From Simonsiella muelleri ATCC 29453 (lineage in GTDB: Bacteria; Pseudomonadota; Gammaproteobacteria; Burkholderiales; Neisseriaceae), in NCBI RefSeq assembly GCF_002951835.1, contig NZ_CP019448.1, positions 2,401,382-2,465,381 on the forward strand: DNA of 64,000 nt. The letters run 5' to 3'. Below, piece by piece: positions 39,701-50,618 of this stretch; the stretch's first letter is position 1; each line of letters starts with the position of its first letter. The position numbers were made by a program, and so were the translations under genes. The notes beneath the pieces were generated by a model. That model did no database searches. It had not been told where the DNA came from and saw only the letters and a list, made by a program, of their open reading frames with translations.

Positions 39701-39945
39701 TCCACTAAACCACGGCGAATACGCAAAATTTCAAATAGGTTACCCAAAATTTCAGTATAACCGCGTACTGCTAGGGCATCTTGTTCATATAAGCTAATTA
39801 AACCAGCCGCTTTCATGCGAGGACCACCAATTCCGACAAAACGTGTATTGGGATACTGTTGTTTAAGTGCATCAATTAAATGTGCGCCGAGTAAATCGCC
39901 AGAGGCTTCGCCAGCGCAGAGTGCGATAATAATTTCTTTATTCAT
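36793..39945 (-). CDS. lpxB: Lipid-A-disaccharide synthase fused in frame to a roughly 660 aa low-complexity tail rich in Pro, Thr, Gln and Glu
   Basis: aa 1-385 are a full-length LpxB (GEASGDLLGAHLI ... GT-B fold). No stop follows. The tail includes seven copies of the 21-aa repeat KPEISVEIESVQI(T/A)NQP(I/V)(V/A)ET, which correspond to roughly 57-63 bp tandem repeats at 37395-37800. Confidence 0.8.
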   Translation of the reverse strand: MNKEIIIALCAGEASGDLLGAHLIDALKQQYPNTRFVGIGGPRMKAAGLISLYEQDALAVRGYTEILGNLFEILRIRRGLVEDLRKISPHVFVGIDSPDFNLTVAAKLKAAGIPTLHYVSPSVWAWKPERVHKIVRQVNQVLCLFPMEPKLYRDAGGKAEYVGHPLAQMLPLENSREAVRERLKLNLTAPVFTLLPGSRVSEVEYMAPVFLRAAALIVKALPEAVFLMPYPSAGVRECLQEYLQQEEFRYLPIRLQAAKTELACIAADVVLVTSGTASLEVALCKRPMVISYRISSLTYALVKRKIKIQYVGLPNILLGREVVPELLQKDATPEKLANAVLDWYYHPARAAELEMHFLQLHQYLRRNTDELAAYAVLTEAGLHLPKPEVIGEEFDDVASQPSITESELPKSSEQTPQTDTTQTNESVATPENLTNNPIIAPPSALVGMKTDAKLVKSTDTPVSLVSPESKPIASEPTPPQTITESSTESFRQPEKNAEQIIETNQPLPNESDNMNTNAPNSSAPRKSKGGLFGWLCSLFGKKQRPEFEAMQNDALANASDSTIVAVSRAEAPDDAEPQQPTQTAAPTTSSENTQPANAAVCHVIEEEELHVAPVQMVLPKSTILTNNQKPNIFAKYIPDETQSAAATPVVEKTTPTIQSTENKNISVSINKRPVAPAIAPEPPKAPSAPQTSSLAKYLTQASMAGLPADKLTKPAQPVAETKPEISVEIESVQIANQPVAETKPEISVEIESVQITNQPIVETKPEISVEIESVQITNQPIVETKPEISIEVESVQITNQPIAETKPQISIESVQIANQPVAETKPEISVESVQIANQPVAETKPQISVVPVVHTIEPKKPTITVQAVPQKATIEVVVAPKNTPNVNAQSGQNSGSTNVPTGEITPRVEIESSPVKPKIQTTQVAENTPPTQTIEKTNTVSSVSSEVVKPVETPTPKKSPFAPKTIGENSFASVFRKHTLQTEQAENIDAINDRIEPAEKDEPEQIVVNSSATLSSPPTHADAATDEGLPVPEISNYSINPKRYNNGIFF

Positions 39946-40274
39946 AAAAATATTTTGTTTACTTTAATTGTTTAAATTTTTATTGTTGGTCAATGGTTAG
40001 TGTATTTTGTTTCAGGCTGTTTGAAAATATAATTCTTAGATAAAAAAATGAATTGTACAAAAAAATAGTCATCTAAGAAATGCAAATTCACAAATATAGT
40101 GAAATTTTGCCAATGTTTTCTTATTGAATTCAATTTGAGGCAATAGGGTGCCAGTTTACGCCGAAGAATAAAAATTAGAATTGTATTACTTTATTTTTAA
40201 ATGACTATATATCTCTGACATAAGTTGAACCGTGGTTTAACCTACACTTAATTGATTTATTGACTCAATTCTGG

Positions 40275-40478
40275 TTATTCTTTTTCATTAGCTGAATTTT
40301 GTTGTTCTTGCCATTTAGCGATGCGGTTACGTCGCCGTACCATCGCCACCCATACTGCAAATACTGTTGGCAAAATTGTCCAAAATACTAAGTAAATTAA
40401 CGCTCGCGCCACACTCGGTTGCGCTAATGAAAACATCATTGTGGTAAATACATATCCAATTAATACGATATGCCACAT
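40275..40478 (-). CDS. Small inner-membrane protein (hypothetical)
   Basis: 67 aa with two transmembrane helices. Confidence 0.4.
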   Translation of the reverse strand: MWHIVLIGYVFTTMMFSLAQPSVARALIYLVFWTILPTVFAVWVAMVRRRNRIAKWQEQQNSANEKE

Positions 40479-40551
40479 TTTTTTACTCCTTAAAATTTTT
40501 TCAGGCAGCCTGAAAAATATCCAAGCTGCCTGAAAATAAATAAATTTCTAA

Positions 40552-41823
40552 TTATTTAGATTTTTTCAATGTATCAATCATACCGTCTTTTTGGAAGTTT
40601 GCATCGTCAAATGTTTCCAAATCTTGACCAGGTTCACGCAACACATCTTCAGTACTCACATTGGATTTGCTCTCTAACACAATTGCAGATGATGCGTGTT
40701 CACTGGTACGATACACCATCACTAAGCCAACTTCTTCAGTTGGTAAACTCAAAATTTTAGTGGCTTTTTTGTCTGGGTTGTTCCATTCGGTTTGTACTAA
40801 GCGATTGCCTTTATAGACAGACAACACCGTACCTTCGTCCACGCCATCGGCCAAGCCTTTATTCAGAATCACGCTTTGACCCACACCAGTTTCCGATACG
40901 CCGTCCATCACGGAAACAATACGCGCTTCCACAGGAGAATCTGGTGTGTGTGGCATCGCATTAAATTGTGTTATCACGTCTGGTTTGCGAATAATGTAAT
41001 CGCCACGCATGATTTCAGATGCGGCGGTTTTTACTTGCAATGGCACTGCTGTGCGAACGGCAGTTGGTTTTTTCTCGCTGTCTAATTTCACATAATATTC
41101 ATCGCCAGCCAATTTAGCTTCCATTTTGGCACGTTGTTTGGCACTGTATCCATTTAATGCGGTGCTATTGTTGCGTTCTGCTAACGCGGTGTTATCGTTG
41201 CTCAATGTGGTTAATTCGCCACTAAATTCAACCAATTTACCCAATGATTTGCCTGTAATTGGATCTTTCAAATCTTGTACTACGCGGAAACTCAAATATT
41301 CGCCTGGTTCAATGATGCCGTCAGCATAAATGCGATCGCCATTGGTGTAAATATTGCGTCCATCTGCGCCAGCAACCACGCGTGGAGCGTGTGTCAATTC
41401 ATTTGCGCTAACAAATTGCGGGTGTTTCATAAATAAGCGGTAAAAATCCACGTCTAAAGTTTGGATACCGTAGCCAGAACCTAAATCACGCACTTGTGGA
41501 TGCAATTTGATGAAACCACTTTTACGACCCGATGCGCCTTTGCCAACACGCAACACAGGACGACCATTCACATAAGTCAAATACAACACTTGACCAGGAT
41601 AAATCCAATGTGGGTTGCGAATTTTTGCACGGTTTACATTCCACAAGCTGGGCCATTGGTATGGGCGATACAAATATTTGCCTGAAATGCCCCATAAGGT
41701 GTCACCTTGCTTCACAACATAGCGTTTAGGTGCATTGGGTTTGACTTGCAAACCTTTGGCAAAAACAGGTGCAGAAATGGCTATTCCAGCCACGCACAAC
41801 ATTGTCATAATGGATTTATTCAT
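40552..41823 (-). CDS. LysM domain-containing periplasmic protein
   Basis: Signal peptide, then a LysM motif (YVVKQGDTLWGISGKY). 423 aa. Confidence 0.7.
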   Translation of the reverse strand: MNKSIMTMLCVAGIAISAPVFAKGLQVKPNAPKRYVVKQGDTLWGISGKYLYRPYQWPSLWNVNRAKIRNPHWIYPGQVLYLTYVNGRPVLRVGKGASGRKSGFIKLHPQVRDLGSGYGIQTLDVDFYRLFMKHPQFVSANELTHAPRVVAGADGRNIYTNGDRIYADGIIEPGEYLSFRVVQDLKDPITGKSLGKLVEFSGELTTLSNDNTALAERNNSTALNGYSAKQRAKMEAKLAGDEYYVKLDSEKKPTAVRTAVPLQVKTAASEIMRGDYIIRKPDVITQFNAMPHTPDSPVEARIVSVMDGVSETGVGQSVILNKGLADGVDEGTVLSVYKGNRLVQTEWNNPDKKATKILSLPTEEVGLVMVYRTSEHASSAIVLESKSNVSTEDVLREPGQDLETFDDANFQKDGMIDTLKKSK

Positions 41824-41974
41824 TGCAACTCTCTTTAGTTAATTAAAAAACAGGGAAACATAAACCGAATGATAGTGCATTTCAATAGAAAAATGCCAGT
41901 TTTTATGTTATTTTCTTGTTACAAATGGCAAGTTTGCCACACACATTTTGAATAATTACTTTTGAGACAATAAA

Positions 41975-42490
41975 ATGGCACTTCTCCCCATCTTAAAATA
42001 TCCAGATCCGAAATTACATACAGTTGCTAAACCTGTGAGTGAAGTAAATGACCGCATCAAAAAATTGGTGGCAGATATGGCGGAAACCATGTATGAATCA
42101 CGCGGCATAGGCTTGGCTGCCACACAAGTTGATGTTCATGAGCGTGTGGTGGTTATTGATTTATCTGAAGAACGCAACCAACTGATTACCCTGATTAATC
42201 CAATTATTACCCACAAAGACGGTGAAACCACTTACGAAGAAGGTTGCTTATCTGTTCCAGGTGTGTATGACACGGTAACTCGTGCCGAACGTGTAACCGT
42301 AGAATTTTTGGACGCAGACGGTCATGCACAAAAATTGGATGCAGACGGTTTATTAGCGATTTGTATCCAACACGAATTGGATCATCTGCAAGGCAAAGTG
42401 TTTGTGGAATATTTGTCGCCACTCAAACAAAATCGCATCAAAACCAAAATGAAAAAACGTGAACGCGAAGAAATGCGCCATAATATGTAA
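41975..42490 (+). CDS. def: Peptide deformylase
   Basis: Motifs [14 protein letters not shown] and QHELDHL. Confidence 0.95.
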   Translation: MALLPILKYPDPKLHTVAKPVSEVNDRIKKLVADMAETMYESRGIGLAATQVDVHERVVVIDLSEERNQLITLINPIITHKDGETTYEEGCLSVPGVYDTVTRAERVTVEFLDADGHAQKLDADGLLAICIQHELDHLQGKVFVEYLSPLKQNRIKTKMKKREREEMRHNM

Positions 42491-42555
42491 ATGCGATTGT
42501 TTTCAGGCAGCCTGAAAATTTTGCAAAATAAATTAAACAAATTAAACAAATCAAC

Positions 42556-43941
42556 ATGGCAAAAGCCCCCAAAATCGTTTACCAATGCACCGAATGCGGT
42601 GGAACTTCCCCCAAATGGGTTGGCAAATGCCCCCATTGTGGCGAATGGAACACGCTTACCGAAAACTTAGCCGCACCCGAATCTAAAAACGCGCGTTTCC
42701 AATCTTGGGCGGCTGAAACCACACAAGTACAAGAACTTTCCAAAGTTACCGCTCAAGAAGTCCCACGCGAAGCCACAGGCATGGGCGAACTGGATCGTGT
42801 GTTGGGTGGTGGATTGGTAGATGGTGCGGTGATTTTGCTCGGTGGCGACCCCGGTATTGGCAAATCTACGCTATTGTTGCAAACCATCGCTTTAATGGCG
42901 AAAAAGCGCAACGTTTTATATGTTTCGGGCGAAGAATCCGCGCAACAAGTGGCATTGCGTTCGCAGCGTTTGGGATTAAATGCGGACGGTGTGCATTTAT
43001 TGGCAGAAATTCGTTTGGAAGCGATTCAGGCAGCCTTAAAACAACACAAGCCATCTGTGGTGGTGATTGACTCCATTCAAACCATGTATTCTGACCAAAT
43101 CACGTCCGCTCCTGGCTCGGTGTCGCAAGTGCGCGAATGTGCAGCACAACTTACACGAATGGCCAAACAAATGGGCATTGCAATGATTTTTGTTGGACAC
43201 GTTACCAAAGATGGCGCAATCGCCGGCCCGCGTGTATTGGAACACATGGTGGATACCGTGTTGTATTTTGAAGGCGACCAGCATTCCAATTACCGCATGA
43301 TTCGCGCGATTAAAAACCGTTTTGGTGCAGCGAATGAGTTGGGCGTATTTGCGATGACAGAAACGGGTTTAAAAGGCGTTTCCAATCCATCAGCAATTTT
43401 TTTGGCGAGTTATCGCGACGATGTGGCGGGTTCATGCGTGTTGGTTACGCAAGAAGGAAGCCGTCCGCTTTTAGTAGAAATTCAAGCATTAGTGGACGAT
43501 GCACACGGATTTACGCCCAAGCGTTTAACCGTTGGCTTGGAACAAAACCGCCTTGCCATGTTGTTGGCGGTATTAAATCGTCATGCGGGGATTGCCTGTT
43601 TTGACCAAGATGTGTTTTTGAATGCAGTCGGGGGGGTGAAAATTAGCGAACCTGCGGCGGATTTGGCGGTTATTTTGGCGATGTTATCCAGTTTCCGAAA
43701 TAAACCTCTGCCCGAGAAAATGGTAGCGTTTGGTGAAATTGGTTTAAGTGGTGAAATTCGTCCTGTGCCGCGTGGTCAAGAGCGTTTGAAAGAAGCAGAG
43801 AAATTGGGTTTCAAACGTGCGATTGTGCCAAAAGCCAATTTACCCAAAAATGCCCCAAAAGATTTTCCCAATTTGCAAATTTATGGCGTGGACAATTTGC
43901 AAGATGCCGTGAGTTTGTGTCGCGATTTGGCAGACGAATAA
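42556..43941 (+). CDS. radA: DNA repair protein RadA/Sms
   Basis: Zinc finger CTECGGTSPKWVGKCPHCGEW, a RecA-like ATPase and a Lon-like C-terminus. Confidence 0.95.
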   Translation: MAKAPKIVYQCTECGGTSPKWVGKCPHCGEWNTLTENLAAPESKNARFQSWAAETTQVQELSKVTAQEVPREATGMGELDRVLGGGLVDGAVILLGGDPGIGKSTLLLQTIALMAKKRNVLYVSGEESAQQVALRSQRLGLNADGVHLLAEIRLEAIQAALKQHKPSVVVIDSIQTMYSDQITSAPGSVSQVRECAAQLTRMAKQMGIAMIFVGHVTKDGAIAGPRVLEHMVDTVLYFEGDQHSNYRMIRAIKNRFGAANELGVFAMTETGLKGVSNPSAIFLASYRDDVAGSCVLVTQEGSRPLLVEIQALVDDAHGFTPKRLTVGLEQNRLAMLLAVLNRHAGIACFDQDVFLNAVGGVKISEPAADLAVILAMLSSFRNKPLPEKMVAFGEIGLSGEIRPVPRGQERLKEAEKLGFKRAIVPKANLPKNAPKDFPNLQIYGVDNLQDAVSLCRDLADE

Positions 43942-44107
43942 TTTTCAGGCTGCCTGAAAGAACCACGCATCTCGTAAAACAATCAGCGCAATCATTTTCA
44001 GGCTGCCTGAAAAAGCGTACAATCGACACAATTATTTTTTTGAAAACAACAAGGCAGCCTGAAACCCTTTTCAGGCTGCCTGAACAATTAATGAAAGCAA
44101 AACACAC

Positions 44108-45994
44108 ATGATTTACCCAAAAACCTATGATGTCATCGTGGTAGGTGGCGGACACGCAGGCACAGAAGCCGCACTCGCCGCTGCACGCATGGGCGCACAA
44201 ACGTTATTGCTCTCCCACAACATTGAAACGCTTGGACAAATGTCGTGCAATCCAGCCATTGGTGGCATTGGCAAAGGACATTTGGTACGTGAAGTTGATG
44301 CACTTGGCGGCGCAATGGCACTTGCCACCGACAAATCAGGCATACAATTTCGCCGTTTGAATGCATCAAAAGGCGCAGCCGTCCGCGCCACACGCGCTCA
44401 AGCCGACCGTATTTTGTATAAAGTGGCTATTCGTGAAATGCTTGAAAATCAAGAAAATTTAGAATTATTTCAACAAGCCGTAACGGATATTACTTTAGAT
44501 GGCGACCGCGTTTCGGGTGTCAATACGGCGATGGGTTTGGAATTTAAAGCGCGTTCAGTAGTTTTGACGGCTGGCACATTCTTATCAGGCAAAATTCACA
44601 TCGGTTTAGAAAACTACGAAGGTGGACGCGCTGGCGACCCAGCCGCTAAAACCTTAGGTACACGCTTGCGCGAAATGAATTTACCACAAGGTAGGCTGAA
44701 AACAGGCACACCGCCGCGTATTGATGGGCGCACAATTGATTTTAGCCAATTAACCGAACAAGCTGGCGACACGCCTACCCCCATATTTTCCGTACGCGGT
44801 AATCAAGCGATGCACCCACGTCAAATTTCGTGTTGGATTACACATACTAATTTGAAAACACACGAAATTATCCGAAGTGGCTTTGACCGCAGTCCCATGT
44901 TTACAGGCAAAATTGAAGGTGTTGGGCCGCGCTATTGCCCGTCTATTGAAGACAAAATCAACCGTTTCGCCGACAAAGACAGCCATCAAATTTTCCTAGA
45001 ACCCGAAGGCTTAACCACCCACGAATATTATCCCAATGGCATTTCCACCAGTTTGCCATTTGACATTCAATTGGCACTCGTTCGCAGCATGAAAGGTCTT
45101 GAAAATGCGCATATTTTGCGACCAGGTTACGCAATTGAATACGATTATTTTGACCCACGCAACCTGAAAGCCAGCATGGAAACCAAAACCATTGCTGGGC
45201 TATTTTTCGCAGGGCAAATCAACGGCACGACAGGTTACGAAGAAGCCGCTGCACAAGGCTTGTTGGCGGGCGCAAACGCGGTGCAATTTGTTCGCGAACA
45301 AGACCCCTTGCTGTTGCGCCGCGAACAAGCGTATTTGGGCGTGTTGGTAGATGATTTGATTACCAAAGGTGTAAATGAACCGTATCGTATGTTTACCAGC
45401 CGCGCTGAATACCGTTTGCAGTTGCGCGAAGACAATGCTGATATGCGTTTGACCGAATTGGGGTACCGAATTGGCTTGGTGTCGGAGCAACAGTGGCGCG
45501 ATTTTGGTACCAAACGAGAAAACATTGAACGTGAAATCCAACGTTTAAAATCAACGTGGTACACGCCATTAAAATTAGATGTGGCGGAGCAAGAACGCGT
45601 ATTCGGACAAAAATTGGCGCGTGAAGCGAATTTACACGATTTGTTGCGCCGACCAAATTTGGATTATACCAAACTGATGACGCTGCCAAACGCATTACCT
45701 GAAAGTCCTTTGGCTGATGATGTGGTGGAACAAGTTGAAATTCAAGTAAAATATCAAGGCTATATTGACCGCCAAAACGATGAAATTGATAGTCGCCGCG
45801 ACATTGAGACTTTAAGGCTGCCTGAAAACATTGATTATGCCAAAGTCAAAGGTTTATCGGCAGAAGTGCAGCAAAAACTCAATAAATACAAACCTGAAAC
45901 CGTTGGGCAAGCGAGCCGTATTTCAGGCGTTACCCCTGCGGCGGTAGCATTGTTAATGGTACATTTAAAACGTGGGTTTAAAGAGGCAAAATAA
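44108..45994 (+). CDS. mnmG: tRNA uridine-5-carboxymethylaminomethyl modification enzyme
   Basis: The FAD-binding N-terminus ([15 protein letters not shown]) is diagnostic of GidA/MnmG. 628 aa. Confidence 0.95.
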   Translation: MIYPKTYDVIVVGGGHAGTEAALAAARMGAQTLLLSHNIETLGQMSCNPAIGGIGKGHLVREVDALGGAMALATDKSGIQFRRLNASKGAAVRATRAQADRILYKVAIREMLENQENLELFQQAVTDITLDGDRVSGVNTAMGLEFKARSVVLTAGTFLSGKIHIGLENYEGGRAGDPAAKTLGTRLREMNLPQGRLKTGTPPRIDGRTIDFSQLTEQAGDTPTPIFSVRGNQAMHPRQISCWITHTNLKTHEIIRSGFDRSPMFTGKIEGVGPRYCPSIEDKINRFADKDSHQIFLEPEGLTTHEYYPNGISTSLPFDIQLALVRSMKGLENAHILRPGYAIEYDYFDPRNLKASMETKTIAGLFFAGQINGTTGYEEAAAQGLLAGANAVQFVREQDPLLLRREQAYLGVLVDDLITKGVNEPYRMFTSRAEYRLQLREDNADMRLTELGYRIGLVSEQQWRDFGTKRENIEREIQRLKSTWYTPLKLDVAEQERVFGQKLAREANLHDLLRRPNLDYTKLMTLPNALPESPLADDVVEQVEIQVKYQGYIDRQNDEIDSRRDIETLRLPENIDYAKVKGLSAEVQQKLNKYKPETVGQASRISGVTPAAVALLMVHLKRGFKEAK

Positions 45995-45999
45995 GAAAT

Positions 46000-46032
46000 T
46001 AGAACCTATGTTCATTACGAACACAGGTTCTA
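46000..46032. mobile_element. MITE copy G: a 33 bp hairpin made of the two terminal repeats alone, sitting where the mnmG terminator would be
   Basis: TAGAACCTATGTTCATTACGAACACAGGTTCTA. Confidence 0.55.
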
Positions 46033-46121
46033 ATTTTAAATAATTATAAAATCACAAAAGGGCAGATAAGGAATCTGCCCCCATGTTAGCCCAAGCAAAG
46101 ATATCGTGCATCACACGAGAA

Positions 46122-47345
46122 TTAAGCTACTTTCTCATCCGCTTTATAGCCTTTTAATGCAAAATACACAATATAACAGTAACATACAGCCGATACAAAA
46201 TACGCTGGCAACAAACCAATGGTATCCGCAAACGCACCTTGCGCCACAGGAATAATGGCACCACCTACAATCGCTGTACAGATAATACCCGATGCTTGTC
46301 CTGTGAACTTACCTAAACCTTTTGTTCCTAAAGAGAAAATAGTCGGGAACATAATGGAATTAAATAAGCCAATACACAACAAACACCACATGGCAACTTT
46401 TCCACCCAATAAAATCGCCAATAAAATCAACACCACTACAACAGATGCGTTAAACGCCAAACATTTATTAGGCTCAAATTTATTCAGCACCGCCGTTCCC
46501 ACAAAACGTCCTACCATGGCGCCGCCCCAATAGATTGCCAAATAATTTGCACCTGTTTCATGGCTTAATCCCGCCACTTTTTCCAAGACATTAATCATCA
46601 TAGAACCAATTGCCACTTCTCCACCCACATAGCAGAAAATACCAACTGCACCTAAAATCATATGTTTATATTGCCAAACACTGGTTTTTCCATCGTGATT
46701 ATGCTCGGTTTCCTGATTGGCAATTTGACGCGCATCAGGCAATTTAATCATTGCCACCACAACCGCCAACAGCACCATAAAGCCCGCTAAACCCAAATAC
46801 GGAATCTGTACTGAAGAAACTTGTTGAGCTTTGCTGGCGGTGGCATCTACGAAAATCAAAGCCGCTCCCAATGGTGGTGCAACGGTGGTTGCCAATGAAT
46901 TAAATGCTTGAATTAAAGTTAAAGTAGTGGATTCTTTTCCAGGTTTTGCCAACAAGGTTACATAAGGATTACCCGCCACTTGCAGCAACACAATGCCTGT
47001 TGCCAAAATAAACAACGCGCCCAAGAAAATGGGATAAGACGCGCTGCCTGCAGCGGGATAAAACAATACACAACCCAATGCAGCAATCAAAAAACCACCA
47101 ATCACACCACCTTTATAACCAATTTTCTCTACCAATTTGCCTGCTGGAATGGACATCAACGCGTAAGCAGTAAAAAAACAAAACTGCACCAACATGGCTT
47201 GCGTGTAGCTCAAATCAAAGATTTTTTTCAAATGCGGAATCAAAATATCATTCATGCAGGTAATGAAACCCATCATAAAAAACAGCGAAGTCAATACACC
47301 CAATGCGAGCGTATTGTTTTGAGATTGAGTTGTTTGTGAAGACAT
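46122..47345 (-). CDS. gluP: MFS sugar transporter (glucose/galactose GluP / FucP family)
   Basis: Start moved to MSSQTT at 47345, which has a GGAG ribosome-binding site. Twelve transmembrane helices. FucP-family N-terminal motif (MGFITCMNDILIPHLK). Confidence 0.75.
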   Translation of the reverse strand: MSSQTTQSQNNTLALGVLTSLFFMMGFITCMNDILIPHLKKIFDLSYTQAMLVQFCFFTAYALMSIPAGKLVEKIGYKGGVIGGFLIAALGCVLFYPAAGSASYPIFLGALFILATGIVLLQVAGNPYVTLLAKPGKESTTLTLIQAFNSLATTVAPPLGAALIFVDATASKAQQVSSVQIPYLGLAGFMVLLAVVVAMIKLPDARQIANQETEHNHDGKTSVWQYKHMILGAVGIFCYVGGEVAIGSMMINVLEKVAGLSHETGANYLAIYWGGAMVGRFVGTAVLNKFEPNKCLAFNASVVVVLILLAILLGGKVAMWCLLCIGLFNSIMFPTIFSLGTKGLGKFTGQASGIICTAIVGGAIIPVAQGAFADTIGLLPAYFVSAVCYCYIVYFALKGYKADEKVA

Positions 47346-47666
47346 GGAATCACTCCAAATATTTTTGTAATCGGAAGTAGTTATCATATATCCGCTTAAT
47401 CGTATTTGGCAAATGATATTTATTGATGAATATGAATCAGTTATTTCTTAGGCAGTATGATTGTATGAAACCTTTGTAAAACAGTAAAATAACAGAACGC
47501 GGGTAACTCATTCGCGTTTTCAGGCATTAGAAAAGCGCATCGTGAAAAAATGCGCCCAAGATGGAGCAAAGGTTTCAGGCTGCCTGAAATTAGAACCCCC
47601 ATTCACAAAAAAATCAATAAAATCAAGTAAAAAATCTTATGAATACAGGTTCTAAAGCTCTATAAA

Positions 47667-48464
47667 TTAGTGCTGCTGATTGGCGTTGTATTTTTTCTCT
47701 AAACGCGTGAAAATCCAACTCAAACACATGGTCATGATTAAATAAATTAATGCAATGGTATAAAGTGGTTCTTCGTAAATAGAATAACGCCCTGAAATGG
47801 TTTTTTGCACATACGCCAATTCTGCCACCGCAATCGCCGACGCCAGCGAGCTATCTTTCAATAATGTAATGAATTCATTGGCAATTGGCGGCAACATACG
47901 GCGCAAGGCTTGCGGTAAAATAATAAAACGCATCGCTTGTGCATACGTCAACCCCAATGAACGCGCCGCTTCCATTTGCCCCTTGTCAATAGACTGAATG
48001 CCTGCGCGGAAAATTTCCGTGATGTATGCACCTGCATTGACCGTTAAGGCAAATACGCCTGCAATCAACGCTCCATGATTGCGGCGCAATTCAGCCGCCA
48101 AATCGCCACTGATTAACAATCCATCATTTGGATTAATCAGCGCAACCGACCACACAAAATGCCAAATAAAAATTTGTACAAACAAAGGTGTACCACGAAA
48201 CAAGGTAACATACACACCCGATAATGTACGTAAAATAAACATGATGATTTTGACAAACGCACCGCCTTTTTCTATTTTAATGATTCGTGCCAATGCACCC
48301 ATCAAACCCAAAATCGTGCCGCCCAATACCGCCACCGCCGTGATTTCCAAAGTCAACAATGCTCCTTTGAAAAACATATCACGGTATTCCCAAATAATAT
48401 CAAAACGGAAATCGGTAAATTGTTTCAAAAATACAAAAATATCATTCATATACAAAAAATCCAA
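47667..48464 (-). CDS. Amino-acid ABC transporter permease (His/Glu/Gln/Arg/opine family)
   Basis: EAA-loop region (EAARSLGLTYAQAMRFIILPQALR). No cognate ATPase or binding protein lies within the window. Confidence 0.8.
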   Translation of the reverse strand: MDFLYMNDIFVFLKQFTDFRFDIIWEYRDMFFKGALLTLEITAVAVLGGTILGLMGALARIIKIEKGGAFVKIIMFILRTLSGVYVTLFRGTPLFVQIFIWHFVWSVALINPNDGLLISGDLAAELRRNHGALIAGVFALTVNAGAYITEIFRAGIQSIDKGQMEAARSLGLTYAQAMRFIILPQALRRMLPPIANEFITLLKDSSLASAIAVAELAYVQKTISGRYSIYEEPLYTIALIYLIMTMCLSWIFTRLEKKYNANQQH

Positions 48465-48680
48465 AAAATACTGCGGTCAGCCGCCTAAAGCGCATCATTT
48501 TACCGCAAACGTCATCTTATGTATGGAAAAATTCAAATTATTCGGTTACATTGCTCAACTTTAATGTTTATTAGACAAGTTCTTTTATGGTCGTTTAAAA
48601 TGAAATTTAAAGCGACGATATATTTCAAATTTTTAAAAGGCATCATGATTTCAGGCAACCTGAAAGACAAAAGCCCAAAA

Positions 48681-48757
48681 TAAGAACCTGTATTCATAAC
48701 CAACGTGAAATGATTTTTGTCCCAGTTGGTGCGAATGACTGTGAATACAGGTTCTAA
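48681..48757. mobile_element. MITE copy D (77 bp, internally deleted, in the opposite orientation to copy C)
   Basis: TAAGAACCTGTATTCATAACCAACGTGAAATGATTTTTGTCCCAGTTGGTGCGAATGACTGTGAATACAGGTTCTA. Confidence 0.7.
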
Positions 48758-48863
48758 AATATAGTCAAATGCAGAAAAAGTGCATAATTGATTAAAAAAC
48801 GTTAAAATTGTGCCATCTTTAATTTGCCAAAATATTAAAAGCCAATTCACTAAGGAATTCATT

Positions 48864-49472
48864 ATGTTTAAGACACATTTTCGCCAAATGGTAATAGCAA
48901 CAGTATTAATGGGTAGTTTGGGCGGTTGTGCCGTGGGTGTGATAGGTGGTGCAACCGCCCTAGCGTCGGTAGCCGACCGTCGAAGCGCAGGTTCACAAGC
49001 CGATGACCAAATTATGGAATTACAAATCAAAGCCAAAGCTAGCTCCACGTTGCGCAAAAATAATACCTCTAATTTCAAACCTTCATTGTCAGTGGTTAGC
49101 TACAACCGTCATGTGTTACTCTTAGGTGTGGTAGCAAGCGAAGCCGACCGCCAAATGGCAGAGCAAATTGCACGCGCCGAACGCAGCGCACAAGCTGTTT
49201 ATAATCACATCACAGTGGTGGATTCAGGACGCACTTTAACCAATATCAGCAATGACACACTGATTACCTCGCGTGTCCGCACCAGTTTGTTGAATTTGGA
49301 CGGCGTGTACCCTGGTCATGTGAAAGTGGTTACGTTCAACGGCATCACTTATGTGATGGGTTTACTCACTCCCACACAACAAGAATTGGTTAATCAACGT
49401 ATTAGCACCACATCAGGCGTACAACGTGTGGTTACTTTATACGAAAATTATGTTGAACCTGTTACCAACTAA
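48864..49472 (+). CDS. Lipoprotein with two BON domains (DolP/YraP-like)
   Basis: Start moved to MFKTHF at 48864, which has an AAGGA ribosome-binding site. Lipobox LGGC. Two BON repeats. Confidence 0.7.
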   Translation: MFKTHFRQMVIATVLMGSLGGCAVGVIGGATALASVADRRSAGSQADDQIMELQIKAKASSTLRKNNTSNFKPSLSVVSYNRHVLLLGVVASEADRQMAEQIARAERSAQAVYNHITVVDSGRTLTNISNDTLITSRVRTSLLNLDGVYPGHVKVVTFNGITYVMGLLTPTQQELVNQRISTTSGVQRVVTLYENYVEPVTN

Positions 49473-49474
49473 TT

Positions 49475-49632
49475 CTAAGAACTTTCATTCACAGCCAAGC
49501 GCGATGCGTTTTTGTACCATTTAGCACGCCTGCTGCGTTGAATTTCACGCCAATAGGAACACTATTAGATGAAATTCGCCTGACATTCGCACCAACTGGG
49601 ACAAAAATCCATTTCACGTTGGCTGTGAATAC
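49475..49632. mobile_element. MITE copy C (about 158 bp). It starts 2 bp after the dolP-like stop codon.
   Basis: CTAAGAACTTTCATTCACAGCCAAGCGCGATG ... CGTTGGCTGTGAATACAGGTTCTAAG. Confidence 0.75.
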
Positions 49633-49759
49633 AGGTTCTAAGGTTTTGACATATTTCAGGCAGTCTCAACTTTCAGGCTGCCTGAAAAATGATGGTGATT
49701 TTACAATATTTGTTATTTGATCTCTGGCGGTTTTCAGGCTGCCTGAAACGGAACACACT

Positions 49760-50449
49760 ATGTCGTACGAATACGAAGATTATGAAAATGATGATGAACC
49801 AAGACGCAAAATGAGTCTTGGCACAATTTTATTGAGTTTATTATTACTGGGAACTGTGGTTGTTATTGGTTTAATTGTATTGGTTTATTTTAAATTAACC
49901 AGCATTGACACCAAACCCATCAACACCAATCCAGCCACCATGACCGCACCCGTACAACCTGTGGAAAAAATGTCGCCCGATGGCAAACGTGTGATTCAAT
50001 CGCCGATGTACGCCAACACCGCCAATGGTGCCAGTGTACCAGCTACCAGTAGTGCAGCTGTGGCACGTAGTAAAGATGCCGATGATGCTGTGAAAAACTT
50101 GCGAGACAACGGTGATGGTGTGGTAAGTAACACGATGCCACTGGAAAACAGTCGTTCTTTAACCAATGGCGCAACACAAGCGAAAAAACCGCGTCGTCGC
50201 CGTGAAAATAATGGTAATAACGACACCATGCCAATACCGACTACACGTAACCGCAATAATCATTCGTATGACACACAAGACGAAATTCCATTGCAACCGA
50301 TTAATCGTGGTGAGCGCCCATTGACACCACGCCGTTCCAATAACAGCAATTCAGAGAACCATTCAGCGCAACGTGCTGCGCCACAAGCTGAACGTCCACT
50401 TGCTCCGATTCGTCAAAAGCAGTCTGAAGAAATTAATGAATTATTTTAA
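49760..50449 (+). CDS. Hypothetical bitopic membrane protein with a low-complexity tail
   Basis: Acidic N-terminus (YEYEDYENDDE), one transmembrane helix, then a tail rich in N, S, T, P and R. Confidence 0.4.
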   Translation: MSYEYEDYENDDEPRRKMSLGTILLSLLLLGTVVVIGLIVLVYFKLTSIDTKPINTNPATMTAPVQPVEKMSPDGKRVIQSPMYANTANGASVPATSSAAVARSKDADDAVKNLRDNGDGVVSNTMPLENSRSLTNGATQAKKPRRRRENNGNNDTMPIPTTRNRNNHSYDTQDEIPLQPINRGERPLTPRRSNNSNSENHSAQRAAPQAERPLAPIRQKQSEEINELF

Positions 50450-50538
50450 AATTTAAAATCAATGAAATAATGAAATAAAGCGATATTTGAATTGACAATA
50501 TAAAAATACCGTTTTAGAATGCGGACTTCTTATCAGAT

Positions 50539-50614
50539 GGGTCGTTAGCTCAGTCGGTAGAGCAGCGGACTTTTAATCCGTTGGTCGAGCGTTCGAATCG
50601 CTCACGACCCACCA
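50539..50614 (+). tRNA. tRNA-Lys (anticodon TTT)
   Basis: GGGTCGTTAGCTCAGTCGGTAGAGCAGCGGACTTTTAATCCG..CCA, a cloverleaf with an encoded CCA. An integrase gene abuts its 3' end. Confidence 0.9.
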
Positions 50615-50618
50615 AATT